Below, piece after piece: positions 39,681-53,339 of a stretch of 64,000 nt of DNA. This DNA is from Lytechinus pictus. Lineage: Eukaryota. The position numbers were made by a program, and so were the translations under genes. The notes beneath the pieces were generated by a model. That model was not told the DNA's origin. It did not search any database and saw only the letters and a program-made list of their open reading frames with translations. Numbering within the stretch: position 1 is the stretch's first letter; the number at the start of each line of letters is the position of its first letter. The DNA lies in the NCBI RefSeq assembly GCF_037042905.1, contig NC_087245.1, positions 17,920,001 through 17,984,000 on the forward strand, given 5' to 3'.

Positions 39681-42600
39681 TCATGCCTCGCACACCCGCA
39701 CACGCATTTCGGTATACATGAAAGTCATCATAATGAATGGGCGTTGGAGAAGGTATCAGACAACTGAATAAGAGACTCCGTTATAATCCATTGAATTACC
39801 CCCAATATTAATGCACTGTAAGCATGGTGAGGGAAATAAATATCCCACCGCCACCAAAATTCAGAGAGAATAGCAGACTCTACTCATTCATTGCTCACGC
39901 AGCATTCCCTCTGCTATTTTACTTATGTTATTTCCTCAACTCTAAACTCGTACTTAATCCGTCTTTGATGACTGGTGTGTATAGATTTGTATTTCTACCC
40001 CTGTTTTTTTCTCTTTCTCTTGAGCTACCGGGGCAAGCCCACTCGTCATAAAAAAACACTGTTAATAAACCACATCGGGGGGGGGGGGGGTGCACCGCAT
40101 GTATTTGTATACACACATGGCATGCATGGGTGAATAAGATATGAATACGCCCAGAAAGCAAACATTTAAAAGACATTATTACCTAAATAAGATATCGAAC
40201 CTTTGAATCTGTTTGTGATTGTTTATGAATTAAGCAATATTTTAGGCGAACGCTACCATAAAGCCTAGTTCAATCTTCAGTCTTTTTTCAGTGCCTGTTT
40301 TTCATGCTTTTAAATGACGGATTGGCCTGAATTAGGTACATTGCAGGCCTAACAAATGCACCATTGGCGTTACTACACAAGGACGACAAGGGTGTGAGTC
40401 AATCTGATAGGCCCAAGGTGTCGTATTTTTTTATTATGCATTATTATTTTACTGTGCTGAAATTTAAAAGTGCTCTTAAACTATCACTTCCGAATATTTT
40501 TTGTTATGTGAATGTCTAGTACCCCTCCCAGGCTCCCACAGCCCCAAACCGTTCCCAATTCAGTTGCCTCCCTCCCGCATGGCGCCCATCTAATTCGAAT
40601 TCAAACGCCCCTGTATTTCATTTTCTTCTCTCCCTCTCTCTCTTTCAAAATCACAGCTTAATTTCTCTGGTTCCACCTCTCAGCTTTTATAACCGTGAAT
40701 AGTTATCTTCTTTATTCGCTTCGTTAAAAGCACAATCACATACAAACATAACAATATATACAAGATACAGATAAAAACATGAATACCGTACAGGAAAGTA
40801 TAAAGAAGCATTCCAGCAAAATCACAAAATTATGGCAGATATTAAAAAATAATACTGCCCACTCCCCCTCCCCATATCACTTAAAAGCGGGAGATAAAGA
40901 ATATAACATGTATACAGATACGTGGCATAAAGGAAATAGTCCTCTTTCGATCTCTTCTATCAAAGGGTAATGTTTGTCGAAACATCGTTCTGGTCTACTG
41001 TGTTTACTTGAATGGTGAAGTTCATCTCCTGGGAAAAACACCCTATGATAGGCTAAAAGGGGCAGTGGATCATCTCATGAACGAGGGAATGGAAGTATAC
41101 CGCACATTAAATAATAGAAATATAAATCATTTAACAAATAACAATTTCTACATAATAATATTGCAAGTTTAATGGGCCAAAGATAGGGGATAAAAGTGCG
41201 CATGTGGAGCTTAAACGATACTTTCTATACCATGTATACCAGAGAATATAATGGGAACTACTTGTACCTTAAAACGGGCATTAATACCTCAGTCACATTT
41301 GCTCTACGGCGGCCGTTCGTCGAGTCGAAAACAGCCGTTTCATTCATTTTTATTCAGAGTAAATGTGACCGAGGTATAAATACCCATATATGAAGAGGTG
41401 CTTCCTCTAGAAAATGGAAAATGAGAAAAGCGATGCTTGTACCGGTGCTTGTATGGTTTCTTCATTAGATGTAAATGATTAAGTGGGGAATGTTTCAGAG
41501 GAGGAAGTGGCTTAAAAAAATAAAATAATGTACAATCAATAATCGGGGAAGGGGAGAGCTCCCACTTGAGAGTCACCCCTGGTTATTGATTCATTGTTGG
41601 GAGGCTGTGTTTGCGAACATCCTACCTTTGATGTCTTTGGGAAATATTGAGATACAAAATCTGACTACTCCATGAAAGCGGAGGGTCTACTCTATGTGAT
41701 ATATTGATTTAATGACTGTTGTCTCGGGTCTTGTCGAACAAACATGATGTAGAATATAACGGGTTGATACTGTTTGCTCAACTCATCTTCACTTGTAGCG
41801 GCCTTCATAGGTAAGCACTGTAGAGTGTCATTCACAATCATTGAGCTCACGGCTTTCAAGGACGAGGAACTGAACTTTTTTTTTAATTTGACGATACCGA
41901 GCCGCTCTGATTTGACATCTACGCTTTTAGTTGGTTATTATTTTCATACCTCCGATAACACTATCTTCGCGCCCTTCATGATCATCACTAAGGTGCAAGT
42001 CAAATGCATGCAGTTCGTATTTTCATTGCAATGAAAAACACGTGCATGCTATACAACCTGTAAAAGCCAGTGATCTGTAACAGCATTGGTGTATGAATAA
42101 GGCGTTCGTTCTAAATTAGGTAGTAAAATAAAGTCCATTGCCGTTTTGGAATTTGTACAATAAGATCACTTCCCATTTCATTTCCTCAGGGGAAGCCACC
42201 TTTTCGTTCTATTTAAAAGGAATTAAAACAAGACGTACGTATACCGAATATAGATCTCCAACTTACGCGACTATCATTCGCTAGATGTACATCCATAGGA
42301 GTAATAATAATAATAACGCTTTATTTACCCAGGGTACCTACTTCAGTATGCTAGTATATCCGTGATAGTGCTCCTGATGGCTTGTCTTCCCGTTAATGCC
42401 CACAAGCGCTCTATTGATTATTATGGCAATTGAACGTCAAGATTTACTTGACACTTGACCTGAAGGTTTTTGCCGGGACCGACAGGTGCAATACACCGGT
42501 TGAACACCCTACTCTGACGAAGACTGTATTGGTTTTAACGTGCATATAGGTTGTGACTCTCCTATTATGTCTTTGCCGTTTTCTCAAATTTCGCCCTTTT

Positions 42601-42699
42601 GCAGGTTCAAACATTGGGCTATATTGCGGCGATATATTTTCTGCATGAAGAACAGATGTACCGCAAAGTATTTCTTCACTAGAGGGGAGATGTGGTAGC

Positions 42700-42860
42700 A
42701 CGGGTAGCTCAGTCGCCATTCGATTGCACCGGTTCTATATAATTCCCACTTGGTGCGCTAGTGCCCTATAGAAGGCATTTATCCTAATTACCAGGTCACT
42801 CAGAGAGGACCTTAAGCCTTCGGTCTTCCGGTTGATTGTTTACAAGCATTCATGTTTTCG
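42700..42860 (+). mobile_element. Decayed SINE fragment
   Basis: GGTAGCTCAGTCG head and GAGAGGACCTTAAGCCTTCGGTC body motif. Confidence 0.4.
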
Positions 42861-43314
42861 CATTAATGATAATGAAAAAGGCCTCTTGCAGAAAACTGAG
42901 ATTGATCCAATCAACTTTAACTATATGGAAATCTTGTAGGAAATCTGCAGAAAGTCCTTTGTAGACAAAGAGGAGCACGCTTAACCGTCAAGGCATCGCT
43001 GTACTGCATGTATGAGTATACATCATATCGAGAAAACATTTTGAGCAAACATGCATTATAGATGTTGGTGTTGTTGGCTTTCCATAGTTGTGGTTGATTG
43101 GACCAATTGCAATTCTTTGTACATGTTGTAAGACGGGATCCAGGCAAAATAAATTACCACCGTCACTAAATATCATTTCCTGCCCTTTTTCTATCATGCG
43201 TAGATGTGAAGGTACCACTGTCTGCAACCTTTGTCACTTCCTTCAAATCTGCAACCATGGATCTCTCTGACTCCTTAGCCACGCCTAACTTCGGCATCGC
43301 CTTCTTCCATCACG

Positions 43315-43465
43315 ATGCAACAGTCAACAGTCAGAGAAGATAAACATGGCACCAAGATGACGAACGTCGTGAGATCAGGGAAGACATTCCTCTACCTGAC
43401 GGGACTGATTGCGGCCTGTCTAGCTGGCTACATCTATGGCAACGTCGCTAGGGGCATCGACATAA
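43315..43465 (+). CDS. Sulfotransferase B coding exon 1 (tail + transmembrane anchor)
   Basis: MQQSTVREDKHGTKMTNVVRSGKTFLYLTGLIAACLAGYIYGNVARGIDI; donor A|GTAAGT at 43466; start codon choice (43315 vs 43357) uncertain. Confidence 0.75.
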
Positions 43466-45843
43466 GTAAGTGATCCGTGCTATTATATCAGAAGCCACTT
43501 CTAAGGGCTGAGTTCTCAAGTTTCTGATATCATGGGTTTTTATCTTCAAGACATCTTCAAATTGTTTGTGTTCATGTACAATGCCGGTGGGCATATATAG
43601 GCCTGTTTATTCTTCTTCGAAATATAGTACCCGTAGGTTTTAGAATGTCATATTAATTTTTACAAATGATAAACAGTTGTACAACCTTGCGAATAACCAC
43701 TCAAATTTAGAGTGAAAGCCTTTTTTATACGGTGGACATAATTTTAAGTAGTAATAGTCTGATACAGTTGATCTCAACCAACCCGTGTTCAAAGATATTA
43801 GATCTGTTTCTGTTTATGATAACTCCAGTGGGAACTCGACATGACAGTTTTTTGCTTGTAAACGCCAAGCTGGTATAAAACCAATTACATATAGGAAACA
43901 TTTTACGTCTAGGTTAATCAGTCATAGTGGCTGACGTTAGAGACGACATATATTACTCTCGGGTCTTCTATCAAAGTGGAGACAATGGCAGAGTGGGGAT
44001 TCGAACTTACAACCTTGCGATTATGAGTCCTATGCTCTAACCACTTAATCACTTTTCCCCTTGTTAGGTTATACGATAAGCAGTAATTTGGTGCACGAGG
44101 CCGTGAAGAAAGATGCTGGTCCTGATGTTTCCCGGTCGTTCGAGGGAAGTAAATCGATTCCTTTTGGGATCTGTGATGAAACGATCGAAGACTGTACGGC
44201 TGTAGATGCTGATGTGAGTCGTCTTGTCATTTATATTTATTTTATTTACATAAATATGATGAAAAGCATAATTTGAAAGCTATGATGAAGGCAGGGGGGA
44301 GGAGGTGGAATAAACGCATTGTGGATTTACCAAAGACGTGGAAAGTTGGGACGGTCTTCTTGTATTGGGGTGGGTTGCTCTCATACCCAAATGCTACTCA
44401 TCGGCAAACCTTAGAAATACACTGTGTACGAAACGTGCATACATTCACGGCATGGAACACGTGAGAGTTCATGCAGTTACGTTGTATACATGATAGACAA
44501 GGTGGCGTAAACCGAGAAGTCCTCTCGTTTTTGTCTTAAATTAGTTTTGACTAAAGAAGACGTGTAATACATGTACATTATTTTTGCACCCATAAATGGC
44601 ATGTAATCTTTTACGAAATTGGACCTCACGATGACGCGACCTTCAAGCTTTGCTGGCTGATTAGACATGTTAGAGGCATTCATTTTACCAAAAAATGTAG
44701 ATGAAGCCATGTGGTTGAAAATTAATCGATTTCTAGGTGGTTTGCGGAGCAGATTGTGTGTAGAACCCCAATACGACCTGGTGACTGTAGATTCATAAAT
44801 CCATGTGGGTTGTTGCTTTTATTGGCCAATGCCTCAACACAATGAAAGCATGTGACACATTAATTAATGCCATACAGATCAAGATAAGAATTTGTCTGGG
44901 TATTCATAATCATTTCACTATAACAATATAAACTGTATGATATTCCATTTACATTTTGTACACACAGAATATTGTCGTCATAAAAACTCATCATGAAAAG
45001 AAGAAGGTTCAAAACGACGATCAAGCATCCCGGAAGGCAACTATTCAAAAGATCTGTCGAAAAAATGAAAAACTCACATCGGATGAGGTATCGGTAGACA
45101 CGCTCAAACGTTTATTCGTCGATGAAAAACACAGAGCCGTGTATTGCTCTATACCAAAGGCAAGCTGTACCAATTGGAAACGATTGTTGATGGTGGCTAC
45201 CAACGACTCTATTGATTTGGATTCCATAACCCAATTTGACGCTCATCACAATGGCGTGTTGCAAATACTTTATGATTATCCAGAGTATGAACGAAATGTT
45301 ATTCTGAAATCATACAAGAAATTCACTTTTGTTCGAAATCCTTTCATCCGCCTTCTCTCTGCATTCAAGGATAAATTCGAATCATTGTGGAAATACCGCA
45401 CCGACCCCGGCGGGAAATATTTTCGCCGCTACGCCGCCGATATCATGACCAAGTACAGGGCAAATGCTACTGCCGAGCAATTGGAGAGCGGCGAAAACGT
45501 GACATGGTCTGAATTCATTTCTTATGTGACACATTTAGAAGAGAAGGCATTTAACGAGCATTGGAAGCCTATGTATAAACTATGTGATCCTTGTCATATC
45601 GGTTATGACTTCGTTGGTCGAGTGGAGACAATTGACAAAGACGCAAAATACCTTTTAGAGGAGGTTATAAAACTGAAGTATGAAATGTCGCAGTTTCCGA
45701 AATTTTCTGAATTTACGACGAATAGTTCGGAATATACGTACTCTGCATATGGAGACATCACATTGCAGCAGCTGAGGAGACTGTGGGAGATATATAAGTG
45801 GGATTTTTTACTGTTTGGATATGAAAAACCAGACTTCATTTAA
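43315..45843 (+). CDS. Carbohydrate sulfotransferase B (CHST11-like, Sulfotransfer_2 family); join(43315..43465,44068..44213,44968..45843), 390 aa (alternative in-frame start at 43357)
   Basis: Three exons join in frame (phase 1, then phase 0). TM anchor FLYLTGLIAACLAGYIYG. Motifs YCSIPKASCTNWKR, FVRNPFIRLLSAF, NEHW..LCDPC..YDFVGRVET, YKWDFLLFGY. Confidence 0.92.
43985..44052 (-). mobile_element. tRNA-like SINE head abutting the acceptor of sulfotransferase B exon 2
   Basis: Minus strand AAGTGGTTAGAGCATAGGACTCATAATCGCAAGGTTGTAAGTTCGAATCCCCACTCTGCC (A/B-box like). Confidence 0.6.
44068..44213 (+). CDS. Sulfotransferase B coding exon 2 (stem region)
   Basis: Acceptor CTTTTCCCCTTGTTAG, donor GAT|GTGAGT; phases match neighbours; SYTISSNLVHEAVKKDAGPDVSRSFEGSKSIPFGICDETIEDCTAVDAD. 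Confidence 0.8.
44968..45843 (+). CDS. Sulfotransferase B coding exon 3 (catalytic domain)
   Basis: Acceptor TTTTGTACACACAG; open frame of 291 codons with PAPS-binding motifs; stop TAA. Confidence 0.95.
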   Translation, partial: NIVVIKTHHEKKKVQNDDQASRKATIQKICRKNEKLTSDEVSVDTLKRLFVDEKHRAVYCSIPKASCTNWKRLLMVATNDSIDLDSITQFDAHHNGVLQILYDYPEYERNVILKSYKKFTFVRNPFIRLLSAFKDKFESLWKYRTDPGGKYFRRYAADIMTKYRANATAEQLESGENVTWSEFISYVTHLEEKAFNEHWKPMYKLCDPCHIGYDFVGRVETIDKDAKYLLEEVIKLKYEMSQFPKFSEFTTNSSEYTYSAYGDITLQQLRRLWEIYKWDFLLFGYEKPDFI

Positions 45844-45941
45844 AGAGTAACTACAAATGATTTAACTATGCTTCTCAGAACAATGATATACAGCTTATAG
45901 ATACCACCCCCATTCACACATATGTCAACAAATATGATAAA

Positions 45942-46113
45942 TATGGGCAATTCCATAGTACTTCCGACCCCATGCATGTGAGACCTTCATTTTGACAGTC
46001 TGTAATGCTCTAAAATGATCATGACTTGGTCAGTTTATGAAGTGAAATAAGACTTGAGAAAAAATGGGGGTCGGATGTACTAAAAGATTGATTATTTTAC
46101 GGAATTGCCCATA
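45942..46113. mobile_element. Short MITE about 100 bp after sulfotransferase B stop
   Basis: IR TATGGGCAATTCC / GGAATTGCCCATA plus TCCGACCCC / GGGGTCGGA. Confidence 0.65.
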
Positions 46114-48261
46114 ATTATGTAAGGTGAAAAGGAAACAGACCAATTTTTTTTTAAACAAGTGTGTAACTCTGGAGCACGTCACCATCACTACTATTAACTG
46201 GTCCTTTGAGTCTTCAAACATCCTTTTGTTGGCGATCAACTTCGAATCCCTGATTTTTCTGTAGTTGAGAAGAAAGTATTCTTCCAATAACCGATAACAG
46301 GTGGGGTTGTTCCTTCATTGATATCAATACTGGATACCAATGTTTAAAGCCTCTCGTATATACCATTCCCAGCACGCACAAGGTGTCGGTCAATATTATA
46401 GTTTATTTCTACATAAAATTAATACGTGTGTCCTTAAACCGCTATAGTGTGCGTGATTATCAAACAATTCGTATTTTGGCGGATCTTCCTTTTGATTTTA
46501 CTTCAAAGTTATTTTGGGCGCGATTCCGACCAGGATAAAAAATAACTGCACCTCTTTCTTTCCGATATAAATCAATTACTAAAAAGAAAAATGCTGACAG
46601 TTTCAGGATTAAAGCTTTGTTTGTAGTTTGCTGATATGCTATTACTAAATTGAAGAAAAAGTGTTCTAAGTGCCCTTTTTAACAAAAAAAAATAAAAAGA
46701 TATCAGGAGAGGGTGCCATATATCCTGAAATGTATTATTCAAACTTTAACAAAGAATTAACGGATGAAAACTTTAAATGGTACACCTTTTGAAAAAAGGG
46801 AATGTTGTATTATCGAACATTTACCAAAGTTTTAGACGGACTTAAATATATACTTAAGTCACTGTTTGAAGTTTTGAATTAAACTAGCGAAAATCATTTG
46901 TACATGATTCACTTTTGCAAGTATTCGGTTGAAGAAGAATAATATCAAACTCTTGAACCATACAACGAACGTGGATCTTTATTTATGTTTATACAGATAT
47001 CAAAATTCAGGTAATATGACAAAGGTTCCTAGGCAGGGCCCTGTGAACAATTTTTTTTTTACATTGGGTGCTGATGTAAATTATGACAATAAAAAAAAGC
47101 GGTTTCAGTCAAAAAATGGAGTTATTTTGGTCCCGAGATATCTGACAAGCAAAAATAGGGGGGGGTCTTTACAAGATGTAGGTCACTTAATTTGGTTACA
47201 TTTCTCGATTTTATCGCACCAACCAGAATTCCAGGAGGTGCTGTCTATGGAGAGTAATACACGCAGCACCCCCCCCCCCCCGGAAATTCTTGCATCCTGC
47301 TATAAAAAATGTTACACAGTGTGTTCACATAGTCTACATGACATAGTGGACTTTTTAAAATGTTCATTTTTTTAGCAATGTGAATAGGGATTCACTTTGT
47401 GTCCCACACTGTGAACACACTGTGGAATAGTATATGCAGAGGCAAATTTCGAGAGGTCCATTTGCAGAGTCCACTGGAATGAGTTCGAATTCGTTTTTTC
47501 TGTATTATAAACACAAAGGTTGACTAAAGTACATGTATTAGCTAGGCCTACTATTGCTTTGAGATCTCCTTTTAATTGAGTTTTGTGTAAATCGAAGAAT
47601 ACTTTCATTTACTCTTTGTATTGTAATAGTTCAAGGGGAGTTGCAATACAGTCATAGTTACGAACAGAAATGTCTAGAGATTTTTGCAAAATTATCATTT
47701 TAATTTTGCAAGACAAAAGTCCGGGACTCAAGACTTGTTTGAAAGTGAAACAAAAGTCATTCTGCATGAAGGAATGCTTTCGTTTCTGCTTTAAGAAACA
47801 TTACTTTCTTCAAAATGTAAAGCATTTAAAAAGAAAAGTTTCATTTCTATGAGTACAGTAAATCTAACATTATATTTCTATGCATAAAGTCATTTAAAAA
47901 CTCAATAAAAATGCTGATGTAGTCTATGATATAAGCATGCGCCAATGAAAACCGGTTTACTGTCAAGCTCAAATGTGTTTTTGTGTAACATTTAGCAAAC
48001 GAATATTCTTGATAACTCAAACTCGTCATAGGTTTTACAAAACATTGCAAAACATTATTTGAAAAAAAATTCCTTTAATTTGTTAAGATAAGAAAACCGG
48101 TCTGTATATTGAGATAGTTTGGTAGATTGACATCCATACTGTAAATTTTGAAAGAGTGTTTTGTAAGAAGTAATTAATTGTTATTATTGGTATTAATATC
48201 ATTATCATAATTAAAATATTTAAGGATTTGCATTATATAAAATAAATGCTAATCAGCATTA

Positions 48262-48460
48262 ATGGCGATGATGATGGTGGTGGTGGTAATGATGATTATG
48301 ATGGTGTTGGTGGTGATGATGGTGGGGGTGGTGTTGAAAATTAGGTTGTTGGTGGTGGTGGTGGTGGAGATGAAGCTGATGATGATGATGGTAATGGTTA
48401 TGATGAATGATAATGGTGACAGTAATGGCGGTGGGGATGATGCAGATGATGATGAAGATA
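48262..48460. repeat. (GAT/GGT)n degenerate microsatellite
   Basis: Visible trinucleotide run. Confidence 0.9.
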
Positions 48461-50410
48461 ATTGCATTAAACTTTTTTATCATCAGGATTATTTTAATAA
48501 CCGCACACGTATTGTAGGTGAAACTATTTCATCAAATAAAATAATATTATAAAACGTTCTAATCCATTATGTTTTCGCGTCATACTAGGGGATATAGATT
48601 TCCGTAACCATTATTGTGGGTTTTTAGTTTTTTGTTTAATGTAAGTCATTGCTGGGCTATTGAGCTGCTTGCGTCATACATGAGCATGAGGTTCTGTAAT
48701 TAATGCTGTAGTTCTTGTAATTATGATTGTTATGCATTTTCTAACTCGTGTAATTCATTTTCCCCCTTTTGTAACTCGAAGTTACATGAGGGTCTACTTA
48801 TTGCTGAACTATTGTCCATTCGTCGAAATGATAAATATATGAATAACTATTTTGTGGTATTACTGTATAACTTGTAAAGTTTATTAAAGATCTTGCCCCA
48901 TAAATATGCTAAATGAATATGTATTTGTATTAACATGAAATGGTGAATTCATAGTGTAGTCGATTCCGCGACACGCATTAAGTCAGTTGCTGTATTTTTT
49001 AACCAATAATTTTACGATAAATTTGTGATGCAACAAGCTGTCGCTGCGACTCTTCATTTTTTCCTTAAAAGTCTTGCACATTAACCATGTTAACACGATT
49101 ATTTTGAGACTAAGTTTGCGACTCCCGGATGCGTGACTACATGACGGACCAAACTTGCTTTAAAACATGATGTCCAATACAAACTGAATTTCAAGCTACA
49201 TGTAGAGTTCAGAAATTAATATGCGATCATCATTGCTATTACTTTTCGAAATCAATTCGCGTTAGACTGAGGGGTTGTAAATGATATCGCCGACAAAACG
49301 AAAAAACACGAAAATGTCTGAAAACAGATAAAATAAGGTATTGATGAAAAAACAGCCAATGCAATTAATATTATAAAAGAGTATGGTTCTATGTTTTGTT
49401 TAGAATACAACAAAAGAGTGTTGAGTTGTCAAAAAGAAACCAATTTCGATCACAATTTGGTGACTAAGAAAAAAAAAACATTTCGCGCATAATTAGATAG
49501 CATTATTGAGAAAAATACAATTTTGGTGGGGGTTGATTGAAACATGGATTATATTGAATCTTGGATTGGAAATTCCATCACAGGGGATGTGTATGTCGAT
49601 CTCAATCGTGATCAATGGCCGAGATCTTGGGGAGGGGCTGAAACAACACCGCCTCCATCTTTTTGGGTGTCGAAATTTCCCAGTCTTTTTAGGACCTAAA
49701 TGAATTGTCGCGTGCGGTTGTCTTGTAGACATTATTTATTGTATGGCATACCTGACTTGACAATCTATTGTGTGATTTGTTTGGTCTATATACTTGTCAC
49801 TGAAATATTTGTATTTCATTTTCATAATAAATTCAGAAAATTGTAATAAGAATGTTTTGTTTCTGTGTTGAATAACTAATCATATTCTTTCTTCTCTGTC
49901 TGTCTTCCTAGCTATAATTTTTTCTCGCTTGATTTCAGACTCCAATTCCCTCATAATTCCAATATCCTCATATCTATTCTTTCCTTCAAACCCCTTCACT
50001 GATATTCCATTTTCATCATTAATTTGCCAATTTTTATCATGTTAATACATTTGTTATTGAGCTTTAGTAATTTGCGTTACTTTCATAATTAATTGTATAG
50101 AACTTTATCTGTGATGACAAGATATATATATATATATAACTTTTGTATTCTGATTGTTATTCTGATTAAAGCGATTTAAACAGAAAATTAAGAGAAATAT
50201 TTGTTTTATTATTATCAAGCGGTTTGAAAGTCCCTTTTCACATTATCACCTGATACCCCCTCCTCTTACTCGCTCTCTCTCTCCCACACACACACCGACA
50301 TTCTCTATAATTTGATCGCTCTTTGTGTATCTCTCCCCCTCTCTCCCATCCCCTTTTCCTTCTCTCTCTTCCCCTCACTTTCTCTTCTTCCGTCTTCTTA
50401 TGATTAAAAT

Positions 50411-50818
50411 ATAGAGAGTTTTCGCATTTACTATATGGAGCCGCTCTCTGCAACGCACAAATTCCTTTGATAATGCAGGTCAAATCACAATGGAGAGCTG
50501 GGAGGCTTTTGTCGAAAGTTGGACCTTGACAGCAGATCATCCGAAGATTTGCACCGGACGAACAATCGCAAATATGTCGTAGTCCAGAGTCATAAGACTA
50601 CGCTGCTGTCCTGGCACCCGTTGCAATAAAACTTGCCATAAAAAATCTGGTAGTTTTTTTGCCAGAGTTTTTTTAATGTGTAAGTTTCGATGGCATAATT
50701 TTGTTTGCCAGAGTTTTCTATGGCGAAAGTTTTTATGCAATGGGTCCCAGGGACTTTCGACAAAAGCCTCTCAGATCTCCATTGTGAGTTATCCGTAGTA
50801 AATGCGAAAACTCTCTAT
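50411..50818. mobile_element. Inverted-repeat MITE with a second small MITE (about 50611-50750) inside
   Basis: Outer perfect IR ATAGAGAGTTTTCGCATTTACTA / TAGTAAATGCGAAAACTCTCTAT; second IR TCACAATGGAGA...TTTTGTCGAAAGT; inner CTGGCACCCGTTGCAATAAAACT / AGTTTTTATGCAATGGGTCCCAG. Confidence 0.8.
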
Positions 50819-51703
50819 CGTCTATTCCGGCACGGCGCCACCTATCACATACCATCAATTAATGCCAGCACCATTTCTCTATTTGCATCTCCAACCATTC
50901 ATTCATCATACGTGCATAATATCATAGTACAAAGTTCGATAATCATCAAAGGTCACGATTCAATTCATGTCAAAATGTAAATGTTTATCTTCTTTACAAG
51001 TCACGTAGGTTATTTTCTTTAATAGAAAAAAAAGGAAGGAGTTCTATTGTGGAAGCCAGTTATAAGTATAAAGGAACATGTAAAAATGAAAAAAAATGTA
51101 ATAGGGCAAACTGCAGTGAATTATGTTAACTTAAAATGTTTGAAATGGTTGACAATGCTTAAATAAAACCTCCGTAGCTGATATGGCCTAAAATTATTAT
51201 ATTGAGAGTAATTTGTTTTTGGGTCACATTATGACCCGAAACAGAGTTTGACCTCTAGAATTCAACGAAATTGCAGCAACAGTATACGGTAGAGCGTTTC
51301 ATCAACGTTCGGCGTCTGACAAATTGTCAGATCTGAAAACTACCCTTTGGTTTTGAACTTTTGATTGACTGAGGAGCACAGTTCCCATGTTAACTGTCTG
51401 CGTATTGAGCCCCCCCCCCCCCCCTCCAGCCATGCCTCCACCCCACAACCACAAGAACTTGCTCTGAAAAAGCCAAGTATAAATAAGATTATAGCATGAT
51501 GTATCAGTTTTATCACACACTTTCATTGTCAAGCTTTCTTGAAGAATGAGCACAACTTGAAAGCGCGTCGATCACATTGGAATAGGACACAGATAAGATG
51601 AAGAATATGAAACTAGTGAAAACAGTCAGAATTACATTCATTGTATGTAGGATAAATAGTACAACTCCCCCAGAGGACATCTCTGGATACAATCCCCACA
51701 AAG

Positions 51704-51705
<2 letters not shown>

Positions 51706-51744
<39 letters not shown>
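51706..51744. repeat. (TA)n microsatellite
   Basis: Pure TA run. Confidence 0.95.
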
Positions 51745-51747
<3 letters not shown>

Positions 51748-53251
51748 AAACCTGGAGCACATCTTCCAGGAGGAGGACTCCTAGTAGAGGACATCCTATT
51801 CCTAAAACAACTTTCAACGACAAATTTACAGTTACTGTTGGAGTTATCATATCACCGTCACATACATGTATACAACAACAGTAACAGCAGAAACAGCATC
51901 AACTACAGCAACATCAGCAGCAACAACAAAATATCGAAATGCTTGAAAAGGGCAACGGCCAAAATATGAACAATGGTAAAACAAAACTAAAAAGATGTTA
52001 GATTACATGATCTACATTCACAAATCATGAGATGAGAGTAGCCACAATCAGTTTGGTAGTGATTTTCAAATATACTATATGAAGAAAAAGAAAAACAGAG
52101 AAAACATGAAAACAAATTATAGCAAAGATACAACATATTTGGGGGAGTCTTTGGCATCATAAAAGTATCAGATTTACTCAAATCTAGTTTGCTTTGTATT
52201 GAAACCTAGCTCTGTACCCAATACATTTATTACAACGTGACTAACGTCTAAAAATAGCACACTGATCATAACACAGTCTTCCCAAGATGTCAGTCACTCT
52301 TTTTTTTTTATCTTCTTCACTAAAAGCTGCAATATTACATTGATCGTTGACGAACAATAGAGGGAGACATGCAAAAATATCTCTCTCGCAAACCGGACTT
52401 GGGCTTGTCCCAAGCAAAAATGGTGTTGAGGCATTTTGGTTTGAGACTCGCCCGGACATGATTATGTAAACTCTAAATCGTGTAGGGTATAGCTCAAACA
52501 GATCTTTGATATTTGATCATGTCTATCAGCGGTTTTTTGTCATCCAAGTTGGCGGAAAGAAAGATATACTAAATACATCCATATCCTTCCAGAGGAAAGT
52601 TTCAGCGTCCACAACAACGACTCAGTGTGAATCTCATTTTCGTTTTTTTTTTTGTCTTCTAGAAGGGCGCGAAGAATCCCCTTCATAGAATTTAAAGAAT
52701 GTTTTTGCAGGTAGAGTGAACTAAACATGCTCTAACATAAAGCGTGACGTGGCAGTCATTCATCCCATTGAAAGTTTGTTCAAAATAGGTCCAAGTAGCT
52801 CTAATACGCGTGATTGACATAGTCGCTAACAAGACACTTCCCCGGTACTATCCCAGTGATTTGTCAGGCTTGTTGGAACCATTAAAACGCTGAAACAAAA
52901 GTATATGAGTCCCGTGACAGTGTTACTTCAGTTAGGCTTGGACTGGCTTCTTTGGACTTGTTCGACTGCTTCAATGATAGATGCATGTTGTTGAGATCGA
53001 TGAAAGCAGACGTTAATGACCGCAGTCGGTATGTCATCAGCGAACCGATCCTCTTTGAAGGTACGATTACAAGTCGTTTCTTTTCTAATTATCACACTCT
53101 TCTTTGTAATTATGTTATGAAATACTTTTCTTTCGGACTATGGAGGCGATTGTTTTAGAAATACCGTAGATATTTATCATTCATTTTGAAGGACGAATGA
53201 CAAAAAAGAAAGACAAGTGCACCTTGTTCGGTTCTATCATCGTTCAAAGAG

Positions 53252-53339
53252 TTATTTCCCAAGATGTCGTGATCGCGCCATGTTGGTAAGAGCGACTGCT
53301 GCTACTATCTCTTGCCAGTACACCTCTTCATCCTCCTCG
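53252..53339 (-). CDS. mkx: mkx coding exon 6 (C-terminal conserved motif)
   Basis: Acceptor AAACCTACAG; NEEDEEVYWQEIVAAVALTNMARSRHLGK*. Not shown in the ORF track. Confidence 0.88.
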
